From: Lytechinus pictus
Lineage: Eukaryota
Direction: 5' to 3'
Assembly: GCF_037042905.1 (NCBI RefSeq)
Contig: NC_087250.1
Coordinates: forward strand, 20,276,001 to 20,340,000
DNA length: 64,000 bases
Shown here: in pieces, positions 49,758 through 62,600 of the stretch
Numbering within the stretch: the stretch's first letter is position 1
Layout: every line of letters starts with the position of its first letter
The notes under the pieces: model-generated
What the model saw: only the letters and a program-made list of their open reading frames with translations
What the model was told of the DNA's origin: nothing
The model's database searches: none
Program-made: the position numbers and the translations under genes

Positions 49758-52392
49758 TCATGCTTTGTAGCCATGTCCGGCGCCGCGAGCTGGATGCGGA
49801 TCATAGTCGACAATGTATGGTCTCTGTAAGTAAAAAAATAAATATATATATCAGGGATTATGTGATTTTGTCTCATAAACACATACAAAATCAACTTCTA
49901 ATAGTTCTCAAATCTTTGATGGATTGTCCTCAAATATTCACCGATATTTTTTATCACTTTCTTCTGCTAACTTTACAATAAACTTTTTTTGTCACGGCGA
50001 ATTTCCCCTTCCAGTCACACTTAAATATTTGTGGAATATCCTCATGAGTGAAGACGTGTAATTTTTAGAGTAACTTACTGGTGGAGCAGGTCCGCTAGTA
50101 AGGCACACAGTCATGCAATCCACGAACATAGCCAACAGAGACATGATGAAGATAATACTGGCTGATACGAGCACGGTAGAGATAGCGACGACGAACGTCG
50201 AAGCGACTTCGTAGATGGACCACGCGAAGAGGCCGATGATGACACCAGAGACCATGAAGGCGACCATGTTGGCGCACAAAGCTCCGATCGAGCACTGAAA
50301 TGTTTGAAGATAAAATGCTACATTAGTTAAAGATAAACACTAGAGTTGTTCACAGAATTTCAACAAAATTTACACAGCAATATAAATTATTTTTACAGAG
50401 GTACGAATGACACCTGCCTAGCGATTTTCGGGAAAATATACAATTACAGACAGCGGATCAAGGGGTGGGGCACAGCCGACCCGTGCCCCCCCCCCCCCCC
50501 CCTCTTGAGAGGCACAATTAAACTTTATAATGTAAAAATGCCGTTAAAACAGACGTGTGCCCCCCCCCCCTCTTTGAAAGTGAAGACCTTTTTTTTGGTC
50601 AAATTTTGTCGTGGAAGAGACACCCTTAATTTTTGGTTAAACCCCACTGGGGGGGGGGGTGCTTGTCCAATTTTCCTCGGAAAAATGTGTCCCCTTTCGA
50701 AAACTCCTGGATCCGCCCCTGTTTACAGAGTAAAATGAGCAAAAGAATATCGGAGCAAAAATAACCGAAAAATTATCCGTCCCTGAGATTCTATGAGCCA
50801 TATCTCGTTTATGCTTTGATATTAAACTAATAAGCATTATGCTCACGATAAAATTGAGCTCAATATAACCCGGACAGACTTACCGGTAGGAGGTCATTTG
50901 ATCGCTTCCGGGTTGACCTAGCAGTAAAAGCCTCGACAATGTTTCCAGCTCCGCACATCAGAATCTAGAAAAGAAAAAAGTCAAACGTTTGTAAGAATGT
51001 CCAATGAAATCACGCAAATTTCCCACAAAAGGGTCTTGCTCTCATCCCCTTATACCTAATGTATAGCATAGCTACGAGTAGGGTCGTGGGGCACGTACCC
51101 CGTCCCGGCCCCATCATCTTACAGTGAAATCACATTTCCACATTTAGATGAAATGGTTATCGAAAAAACATTTTCAAGCATTTTGAATATGTTATTTTTT
51201 CGCTCGGTCGCTACACTCCCTTGCATATTATTAAGAATATGTTTTTTTTTAAGCCGGGGAGCTGGGAACTAACTGCTTGGTCATTATAAGGCAACCGACG
51301 GTAGGCCATTTTCATTGTATTGAAGAAACTAACGTCGAATATTTCTTAAGCCAGCAGAATTAAGCTCCTCCAAAACTTTTAGTCTAGAACTGCTCCTACA
51401 GAGGGTGACACCAACTGCCATGATGAACTTCATATACTATATCCCAAGAAAATGATGAAATGCAGATCTAGTCCTAATCAAGATCATGTCCCATAGAGAA
51501 ACAACAATGACCTTGTTCTTGATACTTATCTTCAAAGGAATGGTCCGGGCTGAAAATATTTATATCTTAATACATGGAGTAGAATTCACTGAACGACCTG
51601 CCGAAAATTTCATCAAAATCAGATAACAAATAACAACGTTATTGAATTTTAAAGTTTAGCAATATTTTGTGAATATTCATTAGGTGGGCTGATGACGTCC
51701 CATCCCCACCTTCCGTTTTCTTATGTTGTTACATAAAGTCATATTTTTTCACTATTTCATACATGTGTGAATAATATGTCTCCCTTATAATGAAATAAGT
51801 TGCAGCAATAAATATCTAATGCACTAAATAAGTTGTCAATCCAATTTTTCTAGTTCTTGGAGGAAAAAATTTGAATAAACCTAATTTCATATAATAAAAT
51901 ACAAAAGAACAAGTGGGGTTGTGACATCATCAGCCCACTAGAATATTCATGACGACTGTTTTCACAAAATATTGCTAAACTTTGAAATTCAATAACTTTG
52001 TTATTTGTTTTCCGATTTTGATGAAATTTTCGGCATTTTGCTCAATGAATTTTACTCTATTTAATATACTTTCAGCCCTGACCATCCCTTTAACGACATA
52101 AAGGGTAACTACCTAACAGGATCCATGGATCACACAAAACCAATTACCCTGAAGATCACAGTCATCACACTGTACTGTGAACATGAAAAACTGCAGAGTC
52201 AGTACTTACTAGAATCCCACCCCAGAGAGGAACGCCAATGGCCATGCCGTTGATACTGTCCTCTGAGGACCCTTGGACAGCATTCTGGACCACGGACAGG
52301 TCGGAGAGCGTTGAACCCATGGAAAACATGACAAGGGTCAGCAGAATCTGGACAGCTCCCGTGAAGCCAATGAACTGTCGTCTAATACCCAT
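49758..52392 (-). CDS. MS4A/CD20-like four-transmembrane protein, paralog B, 181 aa. Coding exons 52392-52210, 50964-50884, 50294-50079, 49823-49758
   Basis: GT-AG phase-0 introns. MGIRRQFIGFTGAVQILLTL...GVPLWGGIL | ILMCGAGNIVEAF...DLLP | CSIGALCANMVAF...LLAMFVDCMTVC...PAPP | RPYIVDYDPHPARGAGHGYKA*. The ATG exon has its acceptor at 52414. Confidence 0.88.
50451..50721. mobile_element. hAT-like MITE with 8-bp TSD
   Basis: ATTACAGA|CAGCGGATCAAGG ... CCTGGATCCGCCCCTG|TTTACAGA (7/8 match). Confidence 0.8.
51536..52089. mobile_element. Kolobok-like MITE
   Basis: AGGAATGGTCCGGGCTGAAA / TTTCAGCCCTGACCATCCCT|TTAA with long subterminal inverted repeats. Confidence 0.8.
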
Positions 52393-53777
52393 GGTTGGAG
52401 GTTGATCACAGATCCTGAAATGTTTTGAAAATAGAGAGGTGAATAAACACAACATTAGTGGAAGTATAAGAGACTTATTTTTCTAATCTATGGTGAGCTT
52501 GTGTAAGAAGGTTCTAACGTAGGCAGATCCCAACATAATTATGAGGGAATTTTTCCAAGTTTGATCGTTCCGGAGTCATGGTAGTTCGTACTAGAAAATT
52601 TCAGAATCAAAACTTTTCAATGGGTTACAATAATGCACGTATACATTACGTAACTGCTATGCTAGGCAAGCACAACTCGAGCATCTCGTCAGGGTGACGC
52701 AATGGGATAATCCTTACGCTTACAATGGAAAAGATTTCGGGTTTGATTCCAAATGTAGGCAAAAACCTAAGTTGTCCCCCTCCCCTCCTTATTTTGATTT
52801 AAAAAAAATTACGCGGAACTTTGAACAAAAAATGCATTACAAAGTTTTGTAGCCTTTCTCAAAGATTCCCAAAGTGCTTATATCTGTTGGAATGGAAAGA
52901 GAGAAACGTTGAAAAGTCGTAAGGAAATAGTTTCCCTCTCCAGACCTGTACAAGACATGGATTTATAAACTACTGGTCTTGATACGGTGAAAGATTCTGT
53001 AGGAAAGATTAATCTTTGTCTGGAATCGGATGAACAAGAATCGCCATCCATCGGTGGGTCAGTGAGAGCAAAAAATGGACAGTAATTTAAAGGCACTCAA
53101 CCGGGTTAGGGAAAGATAAATGAACCGTGTGAAAAGGATGAAGAGCCTCTTTCATACACCAGTCAAATGGTATAGGCCTAATACCTACTACGCATGTACC
53201 TATAGCCGACATTTTGGCCTATGATAAACATAGTGAATAAGATGAATTCTAATTTCTTTTAGATCACTATGATGATAGGTGTTCGAATATTAAAAAAAAA
53301 ATCGAGTTCATGAGTACAAGAACGATCCAATTAGTGCCCATCTTGGTGAAAATTAAGTTAAATAATAAGTTACTATGGGAAATTACATGTATACCTTATA
53401 CCCGAGCTAATATGAAATAAAACCAGGAATTCCACCAATCCACCAATAAGTACCCGAAATTAATGACAAAAAATTAACCAATTCCTAATTTGACGTAAAT
53501 AATTTAGTTTTATGGATAGTTCATATTCATGTACTCAATTTTGAAAGACGAAACAAACAAGATTTGTTTGGCCTTTTTGTTCAGAAGAATTACCAAAATA
53601 CATTGCTCATTGTCTTCTTCATTTTCTCTTTGTATTATAAGTGTAATTTCATTTTCTTTAATATACAGAAATAAGATGTAGCCTATTTCCGTTCTCCTAC
53701 TGAATGTTATCGTAGCCGTTAACACTCACGATCGCAATTGCCACTATCATATTTGTCACCACAATATATTTCAATAG

Positions 53778-54310
53778 TCATCAATGTGGTGATCATCCTC
53801 GTCATCAAATTCCGTATCATCCTTTTCATCACTACCATCATCATCACCCTCACCACCACCTCCATCATGATCACTATCACCACCTTTATCATCACCATCA
53901 TCATCATCATAATCACCATAATCCTCCTCATCATCATCATCATCACCAGCATCATCAACATCATCATAATGATCATCATCATCATCACCATCAGCATCAT
54001 CATCATCATCATCATCACCATCATCAGCATCATCATCATCATCAGCATCAGCATCATCATCACCACCATCAGCAACATCATCATAATGATCATGATCATC
54101 ACCATTAGCACCATCATCATCATCATCACCATTATCAGCATCATCATCATCACCATCATCATCATAACCATGATCACTATCATCAACGTGTCCATGGGTA
54201 CCATTGCCATCACCATCGTCGTTATAATCGCCCCCCCCCCCCCCACCATATTTATTTCAATTTCATCCTCGTGATCGTCACTTCATTCTTCATCATCGTC
54301 TTTGTCATCA
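53778..54310. repeat. (CAT)n microsatellite
   Basis: Directly visible. Confidence 0.95.
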
Positions 54311-54390
54311 CTTATTGCAGGATGCAGCATCAATGGAATACACAGAACTTAAAAGCAGCATAGCGTATAGGTTATTTCAAATTAATGATA

Positions 54391-54446
<56 letters not shown>

Positions 54447-55469
54447 CCTACGAGCAAAAATATATTAGTACAGTATATATTTCTCACAATTTATATATAT
54501 GTATAAAATTGTATTCGTTTAGTATTTGTCAGCACAGCATATACAATTTTCTGAAAATAAAGACAAAATACCTTACCAAGTGAATAATGAAGCCCAAGTC
54601 CACGAAGACTTTAAGACCTTCTGGCGATGTATATCCAAATATTGTCCTTTGGTGGTAGAATATAGCTGGAATATGTATTAGACGATTCAGACTTTGAAAC
54701 GTATTTATGGAATTATGTTTATAAATGTTACAAGTTTCCAGTCCAACTTTGCTTTTACGCTCCGAACATTTCTTGAGATAAGTTGCATTCACAAGTAAAA
54801 CGTAAGTAGCTCCGGTGTGTGTGTGTGTGTGTGTGTGTGTGTGGTGTGCGCGCGTCTATGTATGATTTCAGTTAATTGCAAGTCATATGGCATCAAAATG
54901 CAATGTATGACGCCACGCTAAGTGAAGTACACACAAGCACACCCTCACACACACAAGACATGTATCGATCCACGCATTGTATGAGAGGGTTGTGGAGAAT
55001 GACATCGTTACTTGAAACGGGGGATTAGTTAACGCCCTTTCTGGACGCCTTTTGTTAAAATGCGCGAAGCACATCGCAATGAATGCTAGATTTGTGAGTC
55101 TAGAGAGAACGTCCAGTTAAAGAGGAAATCCACATTGGTCAAGCATGTTAAGAGAGATTACACGAAAGTACAGTATACAGTTTTTAGCGTGATCATGGAA
55201 TATAGTTTTGCATCAAAAATAGCTAGGCGGACACGACTCACCCACGCTTAATATTGAAGTGAGCACGTCCAAAGACTAGGCCATCACAGTGGTATGTTGC
55301 TGTTGTTGTTATTTTGAATAGGCAAACTAGTCAGTTTTGACTATTCTTGCCGTGCTAATTTGCCTTCACTTTTTTGGTTTATCAATGGGTCTAACTTTTA
55401 GTTATAGGAAGGTAAGGTTCTCGTAAATCATGCAAAATTTTGCGTATAAAGGTCGTATGACAGTGGAGT

Positions 55470-55810
55470 ATCTCCTTATTTATTTTCTTCATTACTTACT
55501 TATTTACCTACGTACTTACATATTTTCTAACTTAGTTAATCCACACAACTTACTTACTTTAGCTTACTTTCATACTTTCCAACTTTTTCACTTACTTTCT
55601 GTCTTAAGATCTAAGTTCTTTGAGTTCATCTTATGTGTGATATTATATCTAGGAATTTCATCCAGACAAAAGTCCTTACTAAGCATATAAACAACTTGAT
55701 TTCTTGATTTACTCACATACTTACTGTTTTACTTACTTACTTTCTTGCTTACTTTCTCACTTACTTGCTTATACTTACTTAATTACTTACTTACTTACTT
55801 AGGTTACTTG
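55470..55810. repeat. Degenerate (TTAC)n microsatellite
   Basis: Directly visible. Confidence 0.8.
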
Positions 55811-56369
55811 TCGAATGTCTTTCAAAGCTGCTGCTACACCACGCCGCTTCCACACTATATTTCTCGAAATTTACGATCCCTAAAATCGGAAGTCCGGAGA
55901 CACGATTTTCTCTTTAAATCGCGTGGGTCAAGAAACACAAAGGGACGTTAAGAATGACACATTCTTGTCTACAGCATCCTTTTATGCGAGGAAGCACTTA
56001 AAAAGGATTTTCTAATCCCGCAATCACTTCGATGATCATTGCTCTGCAACGGCGGGGCTTGATCTGGGGGAGGGGGTGAGCCGAACGTAGGGGCGGGGGT
56101 GACCAGGCACAAAACACAAACTTATGGTTATTTTACGTTTATAAACACGTTAAAAATGGCAGGGGGAGCTGAAACCTAAGCCTGCAGCCACTTCCGGAAT
56201 AGTGCTCGATCTACAACGATGGGCCTAGCTGAAATCAGATAGCGATTAAACGCAATTCATTAGTTCACTGGTGAAAATTCCGGTCGGACCTTTTTTTTTT
56301 GGGGGGGTATGATAGTAATATATTGACCTGAAATTCACAGTTTAGGGATATTACCCCATATCAAGGGCT

Positions 56370-57130
56370 ATATCCGGGGATACTACATAAACGTATACAC
56401 AATACCACCATCTTTTAGTTATTACGATTTTTTACCGATTTGTTGAGACATAAACTTCTGAATTATAGTTAATATCAATATGTGAACGAGCGACGCAAGA
56501 TATCAAATTTTAAATAGTTGGGAGATGATGATTTGCCATTCAAGTGGCGTGCAATTATCACATCACGGACAATTAATGTATGCGGGGGTACTAGTTGTAC
56601 ATGATACTACCATCTTTCAGTAACAGGCCTATAACGATTTTTTTTTCGATGACTGTATTGTAACTAATATGTTGTGATATAAACCGAACTGCAGTTTATA
56701 TCAATATGCGAGCGAAGCGAGCGAGCGAGCAAGTTTTCAGTGGCAGGAAGACAGAATGGTGTCCAAAAATGTCTTTCAAGCATGTCGCGTGGTATATATC
56801 ACATCACGGACTATGTGTACGGTTACGGGGTGTATCCGTGTACACAGTACTACCATCTTCCATTAAAGGCCTATATATCCATATTATTTCAATGACTCTT
56901 GTAATTGGTTTGTTGTGATATAAACTAGTGAATTACAGTTAACAATTTCAATACTTGGAAGGCAATGCCAAAAGTTGCGTGTAATTATCACATCACGGGC
57001 TATGTATATATACGGGGGTATAATTTTTGGTGATGATTGTTAAAGGCCTATCAGTCAAGATCTTTTTTTTCGATGGGTATCGGAATAGTTTTGTAGTGAT
57101 ATTAACTACTAAATTACAGACAACAATAAT
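56370..57130. repeat. Tandem repeat, about 3-4 diverged units of 190-245 bp
   Basis: ATCACATCACGG at 56557, 56797 and 56987. TAC[CT]ACCATCTT at about 56403, 56606 and 56848. Confidence 0.7.
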
Positions 57131-57409
57131 TATAAACTTCCAAGAATCTGGAAATAGCACAATGATGCAAATGGAAAGGAAAAGATTATTACAGAAAGGA
57201 AAGTCTTTGAATAATCTCTAAGGCTATATTGGAAAATGAGGCACCATTAAAAACTTGAGCAAAATTCGTATTTAAATATTGATAAGATTTTTGTGTCATT
57301 ATTAATGTGATTTGAAGTCTCCTATAAAAAATAACTTTAAAATTGTAACGATAATGGGAAATATTGATATCCTAACATACCTCTGTGCTCCACTTACGGT
57401 CATCAGTAA

Positions 57410-57944
57410 GTAGATTTAAATAAAGAGAGAAAAATCCAACGAGCATGCTTCTAAAAATTTCATCAACATCGGTTGTAAAATAATAAAGCTTGAATTTTAC
57501 AAAACAATAAGTACATCCCGGTCGGTACGCAAATAAGGGGGTTGATGACGTTACCCACTCACTATTTATTTTGTATTTTGATACATGAAATATGAATTAT
57601 TCAAATATTCTCATTCCTCCGTGAACATGATGTTTTACTGTTGTTATAGTTTTTACGGTTAAGTCAAGGTTGTCCTTCATTCATGTCATTTCAAATCCGT
57701 AAAATTTGAAATATTATAAAATTCAAACAATAAAAGATAAGAAAATAGTGAGTGACGTCATCGACTATCTTATTTGCATGTCACTAAAATCTGCATATAA
57801 CTTTTTTTGTGAAAATTAAGCAAAACTGTAACATGCCATAACTTTCTTATCTTACACCCGATTTTAATGTAATTTTTAGCTTTATGCTTGTTTGATTTTT
57901 CTCTATTAATTCAAATCAATATTCTTCTAGAGTGGGATTGACCT
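57410..57944. mobile_element. Kolobok-like MITE lacking its left terminus; uninterrupted relative of the LINE-split copy
   Basis: Collinear with 6990-7130 plus 11615-12042, and reads GTTGATGACGTTACCCACTCACTATTT across the LINE insertion point. Confidence 0.75.
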
Positions 57945-58476
57945 TAAATGTGAATACTCTGTGGGGATTTCTCTTTCTTTTTCTTTACTATTGATTAAAG
58001 TAATTGAAACCAAACAAATGTCATATCCTGCACTTGGAATCACTTATTTGTGGAAAAACTCACAAAAAAAATAACTAGAAAAAAGAAACAAAACAAATCC
58101 CATATATCATGTTAAATACACTCTAATTTATTCGTGATATTACATGGCGTACTTTAGAGCACACTGATTAAAATTACTAAAAGTGATTGCGATTGGCCAA
58201 TGAAAAATATCTTGAATATTTGATCAACAGACAATTATTTTGATTGGTTGGTGCTTTACAAAACATTAATTTAATTCATTATTTCTATTTTTTATGTTCT
58301 AGAATATATTTAGCCAAAGGTGAGGATATCAGAGTAAGTCGAATGTATAACGTTTTTCCTGCTATTTTATAGAAAAAAAACTCATCTATTTTTTCTGGAA
58401 GTTTCTAAAGTGAAACTATTTCGCATGAGATCCTTCGAAATCGGAATGATCTAACGTCATCATTGCGTAGTCAAAC

Positions 58477-58741
58477 ATAATGATAATAATATGGATTTAC
58501 GCTGCCTCATTTATCTAGAAATAATCTATTCCGATGTGCATTGTAATTAGTACCCCGGCTTCAGCTCGAGCTGTCGTTTCAATTCAAGGAATAGATCCTA
58601 CCCGGTATCCATTAACCTCACCTGGGTTGAGTGCAGCACAATGGGGTAAATTACCTGCTGAAGGAGAAAATGCCATGGCTGGGATTCGATCCCACAACTC
58701 TCTGCTTGTCAGGAGCCAGAACCACTAGACCAAAAACGCTC
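58477..58741 (-). mobile_element. Near full-length tRNA-derived SINE
   Basis: A box TGGTCTAGTGG (58732-58722), B box GGATCGAATCC (58692-58682), body TGTGCTGCACTCAACCCAGGTG, and an L2-like 3' end with (TAT)n tail resembling 37560-37605. Confidence 0.8.
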
Positions 58742-59644
58742 ACACATTACGAAAATCAACATTAAAACTTTTGAAAAGAACATCATTCCATATTTGGTAA
58801 AAATAAATAAGGTAAAGAAATGATCAAACTATAATTACTGTAAGTAAAATACATCAATAATAAATATTTAATTTCTGTTTACTACGCAATATATACAAAC
58901 ATTTTTGGATAGTGAAAGGTAAACCTCTATTGTTGAATCTCGACACAATATCATAGACAGATATGTAATTCTATTCATGTGTTATCTAATAAAGTCAGCG
59001 ACATTATAAATAACCTTTCAAGTGACTCATTTTTATTTCAAGATTTTTTTTTCGTTTGCTACATCTATCATAATGGCAACCATATCACATTTCCCCTAGC
59101 GTGCCGGCAGAGCGAGTAGAAAACAGCAATTTTATTTATTTCTATATAATATATGAACCGCATGATATGCAGCTGGTACCCCCGCACCCAAAAAAAAAGT
59201 AATAATAATTAATAATAATGATAATAATAGCAATAGTAATAGTAATAATAATGACAATGATAATAATAATAATGATGATGAAATAGAATGGCTGTTTTCG
59301 ACTCGCCGTACACCTACTGTTTACGGGAAAAGGTGATGCACGGTAAAAAATAAAATAAAATAAAAATAGGCGTAAATTCTCGCATCTGGATGGTACAAGC
59401 CGAAATCAACAGCAACAATGCTGACTACGCCATTAGTCCAATTTTAGTCTATCTAAGGCCTCCCATTCGTCAATCTAAGAAAAGGCGTGGTCATCTATAC
59501 TTTTCATTGATTAATACGCCAATCATCATGCCTCGGCACGGTCACGTGCAAGTTGACCTTCAGATTAAAAAAACAAATCAACCTGATACTAGTTCAGTAT
59601 TTCGATTCCTCGCGTAAGGTCTGATTTTCAAATCTCGGAAATGC

Positions 59645-62600
59645 TTATGCTTTGAAGACTTGGTTTGGCATGCCGCGGGGTGGTCCATCGTAGTCAACGT
59701 AGTACGGTCTCTGCAAAAACAAAACGTGAGATTAAACAAAGAATTAGAAAAACAACTTGGAAACAATGACATATAGGCTTGTAGAAAACTCCTTGCTTGT
59801 AGCGATTCATGGATCATTATTGTAGACATGGCATGCATGATGGCGATTTCGTGAAATTTTGGTCCATTTACACTCTAAAAACACTGAGTAAATTTTACCC
59901 AATATTGGGTAGAAAGGGAACATGCATATTTACTGGGTATTTTTATTTACCCCATATCGGGCTATTTCAACGCAACATTGCGTAATATTTACAAAATATT
60001 TTTGTTTTACCCAACCAACATACATGTTCCCATTTTACCCAATGTTGTGTAAACTTTTTTTTTAGAGTGTAGGGGCGGGAATTGTCCTCTCCCATCTGCT
60101 TATAGATTGATATACAAAATTTTAAAATCGAGGGGTCGCACCCCCCCTTCCCTATGATAGTGATGATTATAATATAATATATAGACCTACAACATGACTG
60201 TGGTATATGGATCAACAATAACCTGGTGGTTAAAAAAAAAAAAAAAACTGCCCGGTATGATAGGATCGTTTTCCGGTTGTTCCAGGATTTATAAAAAATA
60301 TTTGTTAAAACTTTTTTTCAAATCGAACTTGCAATTATATATCAAAGGAAGCCAGAAATGGTTTCACGAAAGCGACTCGAGACAAATTAAATCTCAGTTT
60401 TAATTTCAATGACATCGCATACGTCGATTGGGAGTTAGATTTGTTGGGGTATATTGACGTTACCGCGACAAAATGCAGCTTCTGTCATAACATCGAGTTA
60501 TCGTCTTGGGTGTTGCAATTGCGTGTACCAGACCATTTTGAAAAAAAAACGGCGCCCTAAATTTCCGGACAAGTTTAACCGACCATTCGATAATTTTGCT
60601 ATGATTTCCACAAAAGAAAGGGTAAACTAGGACCTTTCGGATATTAGGGATGCCCTTTTCTCGAATGGTCGGGAAAACTTGACCGCCGTTTCGGGAAATT
60701 AGTGGCCCTTTTCTCGAATGGTTGGGTGTACGCACAGTTAGTGGAGAGATCAGTGGGTGTACGCGATTGCCCGACCCGACGCGACAACCCAATGTGATGG
60801 CACGAGCCCAAAATGGTATACAGTCACACGATCAAAATAGATTTTAGACCGATCAACGTTATTACGTAATGTACAATGACATTCTTTCGGATGGTTTTAG
60901 AGTCGATTTCGATGGTGTGACTGCATCTTAAAAAGGTTTATTTTCATTTTGTCCAATGCCAATTCGTCCAATTGCCGACTCGTCCACTATCACTTGGTCT
61001 ACCTACCATCAGTTTGTCCACCATCCACATGGTCTAATTGCTATTTCGTCCACTCACCATTTCGTCTAATCACCACTTTATCCAATAGCCATTTAGTCCA
61101 TATACCGTTTGGTCTCATTAGAATAAGTTTAATTGGCCAAAATGAATGAAAATAAAACGACCAACTGGTTATGAGACGGTATGGCCATACACCAACTGGT
61201 GATTAGACGAAGTGATGATTAGACCAAAGGGTTATAGAACCAAATGGTTCTTAGACGAAATGTTGATGGACATAATGGCATTAGACTAAATTAAGGTAGA
61301 CCATGTGGTGAGTGGACGTGTTGACAGTGGACGAATTTGCAATTTAAAACGTAGGCCTGTTAGTACTTACCTGGTGATGCGGGGGCGGTGCAAAGCAGAC
61401 ACCGAAACAATCAGCAAAGAGAGCGAATAGAGAGAATATGCAGATAAGACTAGCAGCGACGATGATGGTCGAGAAATGTATGACCACGACGGCTAAGACC
61501 GGGCTCAATGACCACGAGAAGAGACCAAGGATGAGCGCCGAGACGACGAAGGCTGTCAAATTTGCAAGGAGGGTGGTGAAGTTGAGCTGTGGACACGAAT
61601 AAAGTTTGGTGTATTACTTACACTGGCACTATGAAAAATAGGATGTTAAATCCGACACCATGTTTTTACGGTGTCCCTACAGGACCACGCCTAAGATGTT
61701 AAGTCTACACTCTAGAGTATGAACATATAACACCTGATAGTGTTAAAGTGACAACCAATGGTGAGAAAACGTCCATGGCTGTTGAACTAAAACTGTAAAT
61801 TTAACATTAGGTAAAGAACAAACTTGTTTTAAAAAAAAATCAAATTTTATGAAAGATTTTGACATGATATTCAATATTCAAAAGATGATATTACATTTCA
61901 CCCTTTCCTTTTCCCTTTATTTCTCTTTCTATTGTTCTTTTTTTCTCATGTGTGTTTTTTTGTGGGGCGGGGTGTCCATGACCCCTTAAGCACCCCCCCC
62001 CCCCCTCCCCCCATCTGCACACCAGGCTTGGCAATGGTGGAAAATCCATAACATTTGTGATCAAAACTTGCAAATGCTCATAGCTTCCTAATTATTTACT
62101 TATTTTTTAACAAAATGAATTGTCATTGGTTTGGTTCTTAAGTCATTTATTTCAACTTACGGGCAAAATAGATAAATACATAAATAATGATAATATCAGT
62201 AGTAGTAGTAGTAGTATTAGTAATAATAATATTAATAATATTAAAAATAGTAATAACAATAATAGTAATAGTAATAACAATAATAATGATAATAATAATA
62301 ATACTTAGGAGATTGAAGAAGAAGAAGAAGAAGAAGAAAGAGAATAGTATGATATTTTTTTTAACACATTAGTTTGGTTCGTAAGTTATTTTTTTCTACT
62401 CACAGGTAACATGTAGTCCTGTTGTGGAGACCGTTTTTTTGAGGGAGATTCCAGGGCATCTATGATGTTACCAGCACCGCACATCAATAACTGAAAAAAA
62501 TATCAGAGGAAAGATTATGGACATGATGGAGAATTACAGAGATATAGATACACTCTAAAAATGAAGGATTTAAAATAAATTCATATCGGCTGTCAATAGT

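Noticed and set aside
53719..54274. Met-rich and Ile-rich ORFs; also the idea that the CAT tracts upstream of the ATG exons of paralogs A and B are homologous
   Set aside because: Microsatellite artefact. The two tracts lie in opposite orientation relative to their genes, so they are probably independent.
54577..54790. Possible 5'UTR exon of paralog B (minus-strand donor GTAAGG at 54576)
   Set aside because: Plausible, but the only support is a moderate donor match, so it is not reported as a feature.
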